A stretch of DNA of 64,000 nucleotides from the human T2T-CHM13v2.0 reference genome, Homo sapiens: assembly GCF_009914755.1 (NCBI RefSeq), contig NC_060925.1; one strand, written 5' to 3'. Each line of letters begins with the position of its first letter. Position 1 is the first letter of the stretch. Below, one piece after another: positions 28,921 through 45,186 of the stretch. The translations under genes and the position numbers were made by a program. The notes below the pieces were generated by a model, which did not search any database, had not been told where the DNA came from, and saw nothing but the letters and a program-made list of their open reading frames with translations.

Positions 28921-29709
28921 GATTTTTAATTTACGTCATGGAGAAAGAAATGCTATTTAAAACTAAAACTATAAAGCAGCTTTTGAGTTTAAAGGGGAGG
29001 GTGGTTTCAAGATGATGGTAACATATTTCTAGGCTGTCCCATTCCTCTTGCAGAGGCTGGTGGGAGGGTGAGAAAAGGAAGATGGTGCATCTCAGAGCAG
29101 AGCCGTGCAAAGGGAGGTGTGGGGATGGGTTGAGATAAGGGCTCGATTGCTCTGCCTAACAGAGTGGGAAAAGTTGCTGGAAGACAGTAGGCCAAGCCAT
29201 ATGGCAGGAGACTAGAACTTAAGGAGAAAGTGGCCAAAGGAATTTTGAGAAGGAGGATAACATATTTAAAGTTAAGTAGTTTGAATTGTTTCAGTGTCAA
29301 TCCAACATCCATTTCCTTCCGGGGAAAGTCTGTTGCACACAACTTTGTGTATGATCAACTGTGTGTGTGTGCCTGTGTCGTGTGTGTTTTGTATGCATGC
29401 ATTGAGGAAGAGGGGGCTAGAATCTATGTCTGGCATGATGTGGTGTGGGGTAGGGATGGAAAATAGAGGAAGGCAAGATGATTCATAAACTAAACCACTT
29501 TAGCAGAATGGGTGACTTCATTCCCCCTGGAGAGATTGAGAAGCATGCAGCTTGCCTCTACATGTGGTTTCATTTTAATCTCAGAGGGCACAGTACTTTA
29601 GCTAATATCTGGCTCACATGATTATATATTCACAATCAATACATGTACATTTTGATGCTCTGGAGAAGAACTTGGAAAACAAGTAGGAAATAATCTTATT
29701 CCTCTAGAG

Positions 29710-29864
29710 AAGGGGCTGGCAAACTACTGGCATTGATGTAAATAAAGTTTTTCTGCAACATAGCCAGCTCATTCCTTTGAGTCGATTTACCACGAGAACT
29801 TATGGACCACAAAGCCTAAAATATTTACTCTCCAGCCCTTTAAGGAAAAGTTTGCCTACTTCTG
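29710..29864. mobile_element. MER58A hAT-Charlie MITE
   Basis: TIRs aggggctggcaaact / agtttgcctacttctg; 8-bp TSD ctctagag/ctttagag. Confidence 0.85.
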
Positions 29865-30119
29865 CTTTAGAGGCCAAATGAGGCCTTACAGGAAGGAATA
29901 GGTTAGCCTTGTTCTACAAGTTGGACAACTCAATATGTACTGCTGGCTCAAGGTTTAAAGGTCCTTCATATTTGGCCTATAAACCTGAGGTGAGGTCTCA
30001 CTGTTTATTTCAAGAGAAATCAGATAAAATCTAAACCAAGTACAGAAATGCTTTTTACAAATTTTATTTTAACTTTTGTCTATGGATTTCTTAACTCTCT
30101 TCTTCCCTTTTCTACCGTT

Positions 30120-30350
30120 AAAAGCAGCATGGTAGAGAGTCAAGGGCATGGGTTTGGGATTAAATAGTTACACATATGCAAGCTAGCTTCTCCATGTACT
30201 GCTTGTGTGACCTTGAGCAACGTTCCTAATTGAGAGCTATACCCCTGTTTTCTCATCTGTGAAATGGGCAGCATAATGCTCATTTCATAGGGCAGTTGTA
30301 AAGATTGTAAAGACAATGTTCATCGGGGTCTAGAATTTTGAAAATTCTCA
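30120..30350 (+). mobile_element. MIR
   Basis: tgtgtgaccttgagcaa...ttctcatctgtgaaatggg. Confidence 0.75.
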
Positions 30351-31169
30351 ACTTATATTACTCACACCCCTCCCCATCCTACTCCTGGTTCTTTGTTGTA
30401 CTTTGCGCATGCAATGGAGGGCTTTATACTCAGCTGGTGTCCTCATGGTCATCTCTTTGCTATTAAACACTCATACTGTCAATTGTTTGGATCTGTGCCA
30501 GCAAGAAAACTGGGAGAGGCTGAGGGAATAATGTTTACCTCCATTTGGAATCTTCATGTTATTCTAAGGAGGAATGAGAAATCAGACCTGCCCAGCTCCC
30601 TGGGAGTTCTTTAACCTACTAAGCCTGGATTTCCAACTCAGGGCCTCATTGTGAACCTGGAGAGGAGGAGGTCATGGTCAAGAAGGGTTCGGGGCCAGGT
30701 CTGTAGAAGCACTAGTGTCCTGGTATCAGAAAAGCCCAGACAGAGCATTTAAGATGATTTAGGACAAACAACTTCCTTCTCAATTTGTGGACCAGGTTTA
30801 AGATCCCAGAGACCCAAAATAAATATAGGATTTCTGCCTGAGCAAGGCCGTACCCCAAGTTATCCCCCACAGAGAAATTACCAGCCTAATGCTTGAAAAG
30901 CACTTCACAGATGAAAGTGAACAAATACCTTAGATACTAATGTGGCTAAAAAGTCTGGCGTCTTGGACTTGGCTGTCGTGAAACTTCCGTGCCCTCCACC
31001 CTGACTCTGTGAGATAGGAAAGGCCTCTGCCACCTCAGGGCTCTTTTTTTGCCAAGCCAGCTCCCAACAGTGTTGAAGTTAAAGGAAATGCAATATCTTG
31101 TGTGAAATCCAAGTCTCTTCATTCCTGAATACAAATTAAGACCCCTTTGGCCTAATAAACATCATTGTC

Positions 31170-31390
31170 ATGATTACAGTACTGATAGCTACCATTGGCT
31201 GAGCTCATGGAAGGTATGCACCAGGTATTTTACACAGCTATTATTTCCAGACTTCATCCAGCCTGAAAGTTTGGATTTGTTATCCCCATTTTAGAGAGGA
31301 AGAAATTGAGGCTCTAAGACATTAAATTCATTAAATTACTCACCTGAGTCAACAGGTAGTCAGATCTGTTTAACCCCAAAGCCACTCTCC
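31170..31390 (-). mobile_element. MIR
   Basis: tatccccattttagagaggaagaaattgaggctc. Confidence 0.7.
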
Positions 31391-31672
31391 CAAGCTTCCT
31401 TGCCTAAGCTGTTTTAGCTTTGCTCACAGAGGTCTAGCAATGCCCTAACTGCTCTGACCATTGTGGCAGGCACAGCTTCCCAGGTTCCTCTGCAGGAGAG
31501 TCTGATTCAGGGAATTTGGGGTGTAATAGGTGGTTCTTGTCATTGGGGAGCTTGAAAAACACTGGTAGTCACCACTCCCCTCCTCCTGCAGCTCCAAATG
31601 TGACTCATCCTGAGACCAAAGTGTAGACCTGTTTTTGAGACATGAAGCAAACAGGCTTCCCAAGACACCGTC

Positions 31673-32031
31673 TGATATGGTTTGGCTCTGGCCCCATCCA
31701 AATCTCATCTTGAATTATAATCCCCACTTGTCAAGGGAGGGACCTGGTGCGAGGTAATTGTGGTTTCCCCCATGCTGTTCTCATGATAGTGAATGAGTTC
31801 TCTCAAGATCTGATGGTTTTATAAGTTTTTGACAGTTCCTCCCTCACAGGCTCACACTTTCTCTCTCGCCTGCCACCATGTAAGATGTGTCTGCTTCCCC
31901 TTCTGCCCTGATTGTAACTTTCCTGAGGCCTCCCCAGCCATGTGGAACTGTGAGTCAATTAAACCTCTTTTCTTTATAAACTACCCAGTCTCTGGCAGCT
32001 CTTTATAGCAGTGTGAGAACAGACTAACACA
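31673..32031 (+). mobile_element. MaLR solo LTR THE1D-like
   Basis: tgatatggtttggc...gactaacaca; TSD ccgtc/ccatc. Confidence 0.9.
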
Positions 32032-32978
32032 CCATCCCTATAAACTTTGAACATAAGGAGATAGAGAAGCATAAATGTGATAAGTTTCATTTCCTATGGG
32101 CTTGCGTGGATTTCTTGGGGATTTGAGATGTAAGACATGGACCAATAACACAGGTGAGATAACTGTGCTAACTTAGTTGTTGTGGACTGGCTTTAGCAGA
32201 TGACAGCTGTGAAAACCAGCCAAAATAAACTGAGCAAAGCCTTCGAATGACTGAGACAAGCAGACTTCTCGGCTGTGTGAACATTGTGCACTCTGTGATT
32301 GGTTGTAGATTGCTGAGATGATGAAGCTGCAGAGAAGTTGACATTCTACAGGATGCTATTCCATCAGTGGAGAGCACGGAGAGAAAAGATTTAGAAATGC
32401 CTTTAAATCCAAACTTATGAGAAGTCTTCCATGTGGAGGCAATTACAAGGATTAAAACAAAATCACAATGTTTATCTCCAGGCAGATACAAGCCTTTCAA
32501 AAATAAAATAGAAAAAAAAAGGGGTGCGGAACCAAGAGAAATTTTATCTCATGTTCTGAAGTGGCAAAAACAGAGATGTTTTCCCCCCAATTATCCAGAA
32601 TAAAAATGTTTGGTCCTCCAACCATCCAGATAGTCTTCTCTAGTGGTGTTTGGTGGCTGTAATAATTCTTTCTGAGTTAGAAGATGTATCTGTTAGGATT
32701 AGGTTCAAATGTGTATGATGAAAATAAACAGGTAAGCAAAACTGGCTTAAACAAGATAGTGTAGTTTTCTCTCTCGTAAAAGAAGTTTGGGGGGATAGTC
32801 CAGGGCTACTGTGACCATTCACGGCCTCAAAAACCCGGGCTCCCAGGCTCCTTCTATTCAACTATTCTTCCATTAGAGTGTGACTTCTACCCCAAGAAGG
32901 CCTAAGATCCAACCATCATGTCCACATTCTAGTCCACAATAATGAAAGAAAGAAAGTGGCAAAGGGCATATGTTAGCT

Positions 32979-33679
32979 ATTTTTATTTTTATTTTATTTT
33001 ATTGAGAAAGGGTCTTGCTCTGTCACGCAGTGATATGGTTAGGCTTTGTGTCCCCACCCAAATCTCATCTTGCATTGTAATCCCCACATGTCAAGGGAGA
33101 GACCAGGTGGAGGTAATCGAATCATGGGGGCAGTTGTTTCTTCCATGCTGTTATCACAATAGTGAGTTCTCACGAGATCTGATGGTTTTATAAGGGGCTC
33201 TTCCCCCTTCACTGAGCACTTCTCCTTCTAGCTGCCTTGTGAAGAAGGTGCCTTGTTTCCTCTTCGCCTTCCACCATGATTGTGCGTTTCCTGAGGCCTC
33301 CCTAGCCATGCCGAACTGTGAGTCAACTAAACCTCTTTTCTTTATGAATTACCCAGTCTTGGGCAGTTCTTTATAGCAGTATGAAAACAGACTAATACAC
33401 TCAGGCTAGAGTGCAGTGGTGAGTGGTGTAATTATGGCTTACTGCAACCTCGACCTCTTTGGCTTGAGAAATCCTCCTACCTCAGCCTCCCAAGTAGCTG
33501 GGACTGCAGTCCTGGTTAATTAAAAAAAAAATCTTTTCTTTTTTTTTTTTTTTTTGTAGACATGGCGAGGGAGGTGTGTGGTCTTGCTTTGTTGCCAGGC
33601 TGGTCTGGAACTTCTGGCCTCAAGTGATCCTTGCACCTCAGCCTCCCAGAGTGCTGGGATTGAACCACTGCACCTAGCT
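32979..33679 (-). mobile_element. AluJ interrupted by THE1 LTR
   Basis: gggtcttgctctgtcac[THE1]caggctagagtgcagtgg...ctcgacctc...ggcctcaagtgatcc. Confidence 0.88.
33031..33399 (+). mobile_element. MaLR solo LTR THE1C/D-like inside AluJ
   Basis: tgatatggttaggctttgtgtcccc...actaataca; TSD cgcag/ctcag derived from Alu cccag. Confidence 0.92.
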
Positions 33680-34379
33680 GTAAAGAATTTTCCTGGAACT
33701 TGCCACCTGGCACTTCTGATTTCATCTAATTGGCCAGCACTGAGCCACATGGCAAGGGAAAATGGGAAATTGGTTTTTGGGCATTCATTTGCATAGCTGA
33801 AAATTAGGGATGCTATCACTAAGGCACAAGGGTTAATGGATAGTAGAGTAGGCAAATTGTAGTTTTTGCAACAAAATGTAATGTTCAACCCACAAGGAAA
33901 CAGGTTTGAGGTGATCATGTTACTGTGGTGTTCATGTTTGAGGTGATCATGTTATGGTGAGACTATGAGAGGTATGGACCAGGCAACTACAGGGACCTGA
34001 GGATAAGCCTATCTCTACCTGTTGGCTTCACCTGTATCATATGAGCAAATTACTGATTCAGAAAGGAAAGTCTTACCTGTGCACTGCCAGGTGCATTCAG
34101 ACAACAGGTGTTACTCTGGTGCACTGACTGGCAAACCCATTGGTAATTATACCACTGGTTCTTCTCACTAGGACACTAGCTGCCAACCCAGCTGGCCTGA
34201 GATCTGGAACTCACACTGCCTCTGTGGCAGACATTGGTCCACCTGTTTTCTCTGGCCCAGAGTGCAAGGATTGGTCACTTAGCTGCCCTCAATGGGGCTA
34301 AGAAGGTAATATGATGAAGCAACTGGAGGAAGAGGGTTGCACAGCTCAAAGGTTTGCATTTTCAGGTTAATAAAAACAT

Positions 34380-34560
34380 CCAATGAGCCTTTACTCTATG
34401 CCAAGCATCACTCAGCATTTTCTATTTAGTTCTCATAATAATACTGGGGAGAAGACGAACTCACCACACCCATTTTACAGTTGAGAAAACAAAGCCTTAA
34501 TGAAGCTACTTGCTCCAAGTGAATAAGTGATATAGTCAGATTTTAAGCCTTGGGTGCCTC
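34380..34560 (-). mobile_element. MIR
   Basis: cccattttacagttgagaaaacaaagcc. Confidence 0.6.
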
Positions 34561-35530
34561 TGACACCAGAGAGAGCCCTTCATCCCTACATTATACCTTC
34601 CAGCATCCTAAGGGGCATCTCAAAAACTCATGAGGCAGGCAACAAACTTCCTGATGCTGTTGACAATTCAATGCAGCCACAGCAGAAGAACTGCATGGCT
34701 GTGAGTGTTGTGGTAGTGGCAGGCTTCATTCTGCATTGCCATATAGGAGTCCATATAGGGGATTTTTGAGCAAAACTGATGCTGGCTAATTGCTCTAAAT
34801 AAGACTCTGCCCAATGTAAGCTTGAAAGTGGCAACTTTTTTCCCCCACTTTAGATTTCCACCTCTCTTGCTCTGCTGCTTTTGAGCAGTTGTTAGTGATA
34901 CTAACAAGTTAGCAGGGGATGTCAAGAAAGGGATAATTTATTCCCCTTCTGCAGCAGTTGAGGACATCACCTCCCTGATGACAGACACTCTTTCTACAGG
35001 GAGAAAGAGTAAAATCTGGCATTCTAATGAGTGGTCAGCCAGGGTTTCCTGACTAATACTCATTGTGTCGAAAAGGGAAGGGAAGGTTTTATTTCCAGAT
35101 ACGTTTCCATGCTGTCTGAAAGATGTTGGCTTCTGAGGCCCAAGGGGTGGCTCCTGGGACCACCAGGAGCAGAGACCCAACTGCCCAGTAAGATAGCTGA
35201 AGAGGTCTCTAGTCCAGCCAGCCCTGAATTCTTCTCTGAAACCATTGAAAAAGGATCGACTGGGAAAACAAGAGAGTTTTTGTTTTTTTGCTTCCTTTTT
35301 TTTTTTTTTTAAGTTTGATAACAGAATTTGTCTGTTTGGTTTATGTAGCCATTTTCCTCATTGTCTATAGCCAGTCAGTACAACCATCTGATAGAGTGGT
35401 GACTCTATCAGATTCAAACCAATGGGTAGACTTCATCAGAGTAACAACTTTTTGATAAAAATTCTCTTGTCCGGGTTGATTCCTCTACATGGTTCCTAGT
35501 GTTCATAAGGAAAAAAAAAGCGCATTAGTT

Positions 35531-35842
<312 letters not shown>

Positions 35843-35964
35843 TCAGAAGATAACATTACTCTTTCTGGATCTGAGACCTTAAAGGAATTTATTCTATGGC
35901 TCTTTACAAAGTGGCCTCTGTAGAACAGTGAACAAGATATCTAGTGATATAGTATTCTCATGAT

Positions 35965-36156
35965 TAGGTTTGCCAGATTTAGCAAATAAAGATACAAGAC
36001 AGCAGTTAAATTTGAATTTCAGATAGGCAATAAATGACATTTTATTATAAGTTTATCCTATGTAATACTTAGGACATAATTTATACCAAAAATTATTTGA
36101 TGTTTATCTGAAATTCAAATTTAACTGGGGTTTCTGTATTTTATCTAGCAACCTGA
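35965..36156. mobile_element. MER53 palindromic hAT MITE
   Basis: taggtttgccagat...atctagcaacctga; internal cagttaaatttgaatttcagata / tatctgaaattcaaatttaactg; TSD ctcatgat/cttgtgat. Confidence 0.88.
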
Positions 36157-38037
36157 CTTGTGATTAAAAGAACACTGAGGCTCATGAGGCTGCTTTTATT
36201 TTGTTTAACATTTTATTATCCATGCTATGTATATGCAAAGTTCAGGAAGTCATAGTTCCGTATGGCGTGCTGTAAAACCCCGCTTCCTCCATTATTCCCT
36301 TCCCTCATTCCCCACAGTCCAAAACAACCTTTTTGGCTCCCCTAACTGATTTCTTTTTTTTTTTTTCTGGCAATGGAGGTTTAGCTCCATTTCTCTAAAT
36401 GCCATGCTTGTATTGCAACATCTTGACTTCCTTCTATGGGAGATGAGAATTTAAACTTGTGCCACCCCCTCCTCAAGCTTACTTCCCTTCTCCACAACTT
36501 CCCAATATAGTTAGATGGTAATTTTAATCTGTTCAATATGCAGGGTTTACATTATTATGACCACGTATGTCCTATTCATAGCTGAGCCATTTACATTTCT
36601 TTGTGGCATAACTTTTTGGTTTTTTTTTTTTTTTTTTTTTTTTTAGAGTCAATAATTATCTTGCTTTGCATAGTTTTAAAGGTACTGATCACTAACTTGG
36701 CCCCAAACTCTCTCCTAGTTGTATAAATCTCCTAATATATTCAAAGCACATTAGGTATCCTATCAATTTTATCTTCTTCAAGAAGTCCTACCCCCTTCTT
36801 ACCTTCTCCAATTTGAATTGGTTGATCTCTTGTTCAGCTGCATAGCCTCATCCTAGAATTCTTCATTACCAATTGGGATATTCCCTTTGCCTCTTGTACT
36901 GGATCACCTATCCCCTGGAGGCAATCAATGTCTCCTATTTCTTGGATCATTCCCCTATCTTGGCATAGAACATCTTCTAATAACTACTCAATAACTACTT
37001 GAAGAAAGAGTGCATGAGTTAATGAAAACCATTAATGTGTGATGAAGACTGCAGTCCCTTAAAGGTTGCTATTGGGCCCTTCATCTCGCTTTGAACATGT
37101 TGTATCTAAGACATGCTCTAAATCCTACCTTTCTGTTGTCATCACCAGCCCCCTGATTCTTCTTGTCTCCCCAGAAGCAAGTATCAAGTTAGGATGTCTT
37201 CATTTTCCATATGAAATGTCAGGGCAAACAGTACTAATGAGTTAATTGATAAGAGGACCCCAAGGATGCCTGAATGCTTTGCTGGGTTGGGCACTGCTGA
37301 GGGATGCCCAGTTTCTCAATTCTTCCTGAGCCTGAGTAGAATCTCACCTCTTTACTGCCCAAATCTTGATTGACTCCCACTATTTCAAACAAAACAGTCT
37401 GAACAAAGAGTCATTAAAATGTCATTAGAAGCAGTGGGCACTAGGTGTTGAAATTGATGAAATTACATTGAGAGTGATGAGTAATGGAGGTAAGAGGACA
37501 CTTTCTATGTTTTTTTTTCTTCTTCACTAGTAATTCACTAGTAACTGACTAAATAAAGGCCTAGCAATTTAATGGCCTTTAATGATTTGCCTCTCTTCTA
37601 ATTGAGTGTGGATTGTTGTAAAGGGGATAGATTAGTTTATCTCCAAATTGTAGTTTGACAATGTTTCTGTTTCCTGATTGAAACTCTCAATTGTCGTTCA
37701 TTCACTTTTCCTCCCCCAATAGAATAAACATGGTGCAGAATGAGAATCTGAATACTTCCCTCCTTCAATATGCCAGAGATGTGGCCCCAACATCACCTGG
37801 TCTGACCAGCACTGTTGGCTACATTTGTCTAGTTAATAAAAATAATATGGCTTGGCTCCATGACTGCAGTGAAGATGTTTTATGGTCCATGCTATCCACA
37901 TAGATCAAAATTTGATTTTTTTTTTTAAAGAGTAGAAGGGACTTTCTTACCTGGAATTGACAAATTGGTCATAAAAGACAATAGGAATCCAAACAAATTT
38001 TTATTCTGGACTCTCACAGTCGAGCAAGGGCTAGGCC

Positions 38038-38085
38038 AGCCAGTTTTGTGGATTGAAGAGAAGCCAGTTTTGTGGATTGAAGAGA
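38038..38085. repeat. Perfect 24-bp tandem duplication
   Basis: agccagttttgtggattgaagaga x2. Confidence 0.95.
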
Positions 38086-38804
38086 CAGAGGCAGAGAATT
38101 CACATCTGCATTGGGAAGAAGCACAGAGAATTTCCTCTGGAACAACATAGTTAGAATGAAACCATGGAGCCCTCCTGATGGCTGAGATTGTGCAACTTAG
38201 AAACCATGTTCAGTGATGAACACTGTGAATTTCCATCTATTTAGGGGAAAATAACTAATATACCTGCTTGTGTGGAATCTTGTTCTTGGAGGAAAGTATC
38301 TGCATGAAATTTATTTTATTAAAAAAGCACAATCAGGAAAGTTCTAGCTGCCTTTGGTTGTTAATAATAAAGTCCCAAACACAAAGACAATAGTTTTTGG
38401 AAAAAATACTTTTTAGTTCTGTAGCCAGTTAGAAATGTTGAGTCTTTCCCTAAGGCCAACTAGACAAAATGTCATAGATACTATCTGAGGAAAGAGGAAG
38501 GCAAGTTTTTAAAAGCAAAGGAAGGAAAAAAGAATGAAACATGGATGACAGCAAATGTTGGATGACAAAGAATATTTAGCCATGGTATTATTTAAAATAA
38601 CAACAAATCCACTAAAGACCAGGAAATTGAGACTGATGGATATAAGTAGAGATAAGCCCTCAAACCACCAGCAAACTGGGACTAATCTGTCTGGATGGGC
38701 TTTTCCACTCTCTCTGTCTTTGCTCTCACTGTGTCTTTGGTCCAGGGCACCTTTCTTGCCTTGCTCCAGCTGGCAGGATGACACCCATTCTTAGAGGCCT
38801 ATTT

Positions 38805-41438
<2,634 letters not shown>

Positions 41439-42261
41439 CAAATGGCCTCTCTTCTGGAGAATCCTCATAAGGTGACTTGGGAGCTGCTGCAATATCTGTA
41501 CCCACCTCTAATCTCACTGTGCTGTCACTGTTCATATGTCTGCTTTCTGCTAGAAGTGTGCTACCTCTGAGACCATCTTATTCATTTTTATAGCCCTAGC
41601 AAATGCTATAATACTTGAAAAACAGCACTTAGTAAATAATTATTGAATGATTTAATAAATGACTTTCCTTGTTATTTAATAATAGCTTGCTTTCTAATTG
41701 CACTTTATAATTTTCAAAGTACATTCACACACACTATCTCATTTACTTTTTGGAGCCTACTGTGAAGTAGGCAAGGCAAGTGTTAGTATTAAATAGGACA
41801 TAAAACAAATTCAATCACTCCCTCTTAAGCTTTTAGAGAAGAAATGTGATATAGCCCAACTTGTATTGGTTATTGTACAATGAGAAAAAACTGGGAACAC
41901 TGTATGCTTGATCAGATTCCCTTTTGTGGGATTATTGAAAAAAAGTCTAAGTCATGTCTATATTCCTTCTAATTATCTTTAATTATGAACATATGGCCCT
42001 GCTTCCTGAGTCACGATCTGTGAAGCCTAGGCACATACATAGAGATTATAAAACCAGTAGTAATGGTCCAAGACTTTAAAAAAAAAAAATCTGTGTTCTT
42101 ATCTGGGGTGTGAGCTATGGAGAACACTAAGTTATACTCCCATTTCTTCATTCATCCCTCTGGACACAGGAGAGTTGTGTGGACCACATGTTATGTCCTA
42201 CTTGACTCCAAAGAAAGCTACTATTACAATGGAGAGATCCTTGGGATTGATGCTGAACTTT

Positions 42262-42609
<348 letters not shown>

Positions 42610-42719
42610 CAGTGCTGAACTTTAATATAGCTGTCTTTGCTCTGAGTTGTGGGAAGATGCTATAAAATCAAGATTCCAAAGAGAGAATTGAGAAAAAAGA
42701 AAATGGGAATTAAATAAGG

Positions 42720-43580
<861 letters not shown>

Positions 43581-44275
43581 ATACAACTAGCAGTGGTGTG
43601 GTGAGAGGGTCACATGAAACAGGAAGTTGTTCATCCCGGATTTCCTATCTCACAGCATCTAGGCAGAAAATAGGAAAGGAAGGGGGATTAGAATTCTTAT
43701 GCATCTGAAGAGGATAGTGTGGGTGTGTATAAATGCAGAGGCAGAAGCGAGTGATACAGCTAAACAATCACATGGCAATGTTATTGGCTGGTGCTTCAGG
43801 TGGGCACAGTGCTAAAGGGGTGTATGGGAATGGTTTGTAAAGACACGTGGTTGGCATTGTCAATTAGAAATTAGAGGCAATATAGAATTGCTGTTGCTGT
43901 GTCTGTATCCAAGGAGCCTTCTTTTATGATCGGGTTGTAAGAAGTCCCTCTGCAATTTGAACGTTTACTTTGTGCAAATTATATTCATGACTCACTTTCC
44001 TGCATCTGTCACATATGGGAGAGGTAGAGGAGGTGCATTATAACAATAAAACTCTCTTGACCAGGGATGCTTCATCTGGGGTTCATGGCTTATGTTTATG
44101 CTTTAGAGGCTCTATGAACCCCTTAAAAGTAGATGTGAAAACTGCACATATGTGCATTTTTCTGAGAGGGCCCAATTCTCCAAAAGGTAGAACAAAAGAC
44201 ATTTGCTTGGACCTGGGATGAACACCTGACCACAATGGCCAATTAGCCGCTGCCTCTTGTGCATTAAGACTTGAG

Positions 44276-45186
44276 GGCTAATATCCAGAATCTACAATGA
44301 ACTCAAACAAATTTACAAGAAAAAAACAAACAACCCCATCAAAAAGTGGGCAAAGGATATGAACAGACACTTCTCAAAAGAAGACATTTATGCAGCCAAA
44401 AAACACATGAAAAAATGCTCACCATCACTGGCCATCAGAGAAATGCAAATCAAAACCACAATGAGATACCATCTCACACCAGTTAGAATGGCAATCATTA
44501 AAAAGTCAGGAAACAACAGGTGCTGGAGAGGATGTGGAGAAATAGGAACACTTTTACACTGTTGGTGGGACTGTAAACTAGTTCAACCATTGTGGAAGTC
44601 AGTGTGGCGATTCCTCAGGGATCTAGAACTAGAAATACCATTTGACCCAGCCATCCCATTACTGGGTATATACCCAAAGGACTATAAATCATGCTGCTAT
44701 AAAGACACATGCACACGTATGTTTATTGCGGCACTATTCACAATAGCAAAGACTTGGAACCAACCCAAATGTCCAACAATGATAGACTGGATTAAGAAAA
44801 TGTGGCACATATACACCATGGAATACTATGCAGCCATACAAAATGATGAGTTCATGTCCTTTGTAGGGACATGGATGAAATTGGAAATCATCATTCTCAG
44901 TAAACTATCGCAAGGACAAAAAACCAAACACCGCATGTTCTCACTCATAGGTGGGAATTGAACAATGAGAACACATGGACACAGGAAGGGGAACATCACA
45001 CTCTGGGGACTGATGTGGGGAGGGGGGAGGGATAGCATTAGGAGATATACCTAATGCTAAATGATGAGTTAATGGGTGCAGCACACCAGCATGGCACATG
45101 TATACATATGTAACTAACCTGCACATTGTGCACATGTACCCTAAAACTTAAAGTATAATAATAAAAAAAAAGAAAGAAAAAAAAAA
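44276..45186 (+). mobile_element. L1PA3-like 5'-truncated LINE-1
   Basis: TSD aagacttgag (44266-44275, 45187-45196) at a tt|aaga endonuclease site; 3'UTR gctaaatgatgagttaatgg...caccagc...gtaactaacctgcacattgtg; poly(A) tail. Confidence 0.95.
44359..44961 (+). pseudogene. LINE-1 ORF2p C-terminal fragment (cysteine-rich domain), open frame but 5'-truncated
   Basis: [20 protein letters not shown]...[18 protein letters not shown]...[10 protein letters not shown]; frame is open back to the truncation point. Confidence 0.95.

Larger units (their letters stand above)
32685..33872 (-). mobile_element. Old MaLR LTR (MLT1K-like) interrupted by AluJ
   Basis: tggcttaaacaagatag...ccatcatgtccacattc (32685-32978), resuming catctaattggccagcactgagccacatgg (33680-33872). 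Confidence 0.65.

Noticed and set aside
31673-33399. Two co-oriented THE1 LTRs as the ends of one provirus
   Set aside because: Each has its own TSD and the 1 kb between is not THE1 internal sequence; these are independent solo LTRs
36200-37010. Possible HAL1/L1ME relic
   Set aside because: Composition is suggestive but I cannot assign family or boundaries by eye
38038-38085. Short direct repeats as a CRISPR-like array
   Set aside because: Only two adjacent copies, no spacers, eukaryotic context
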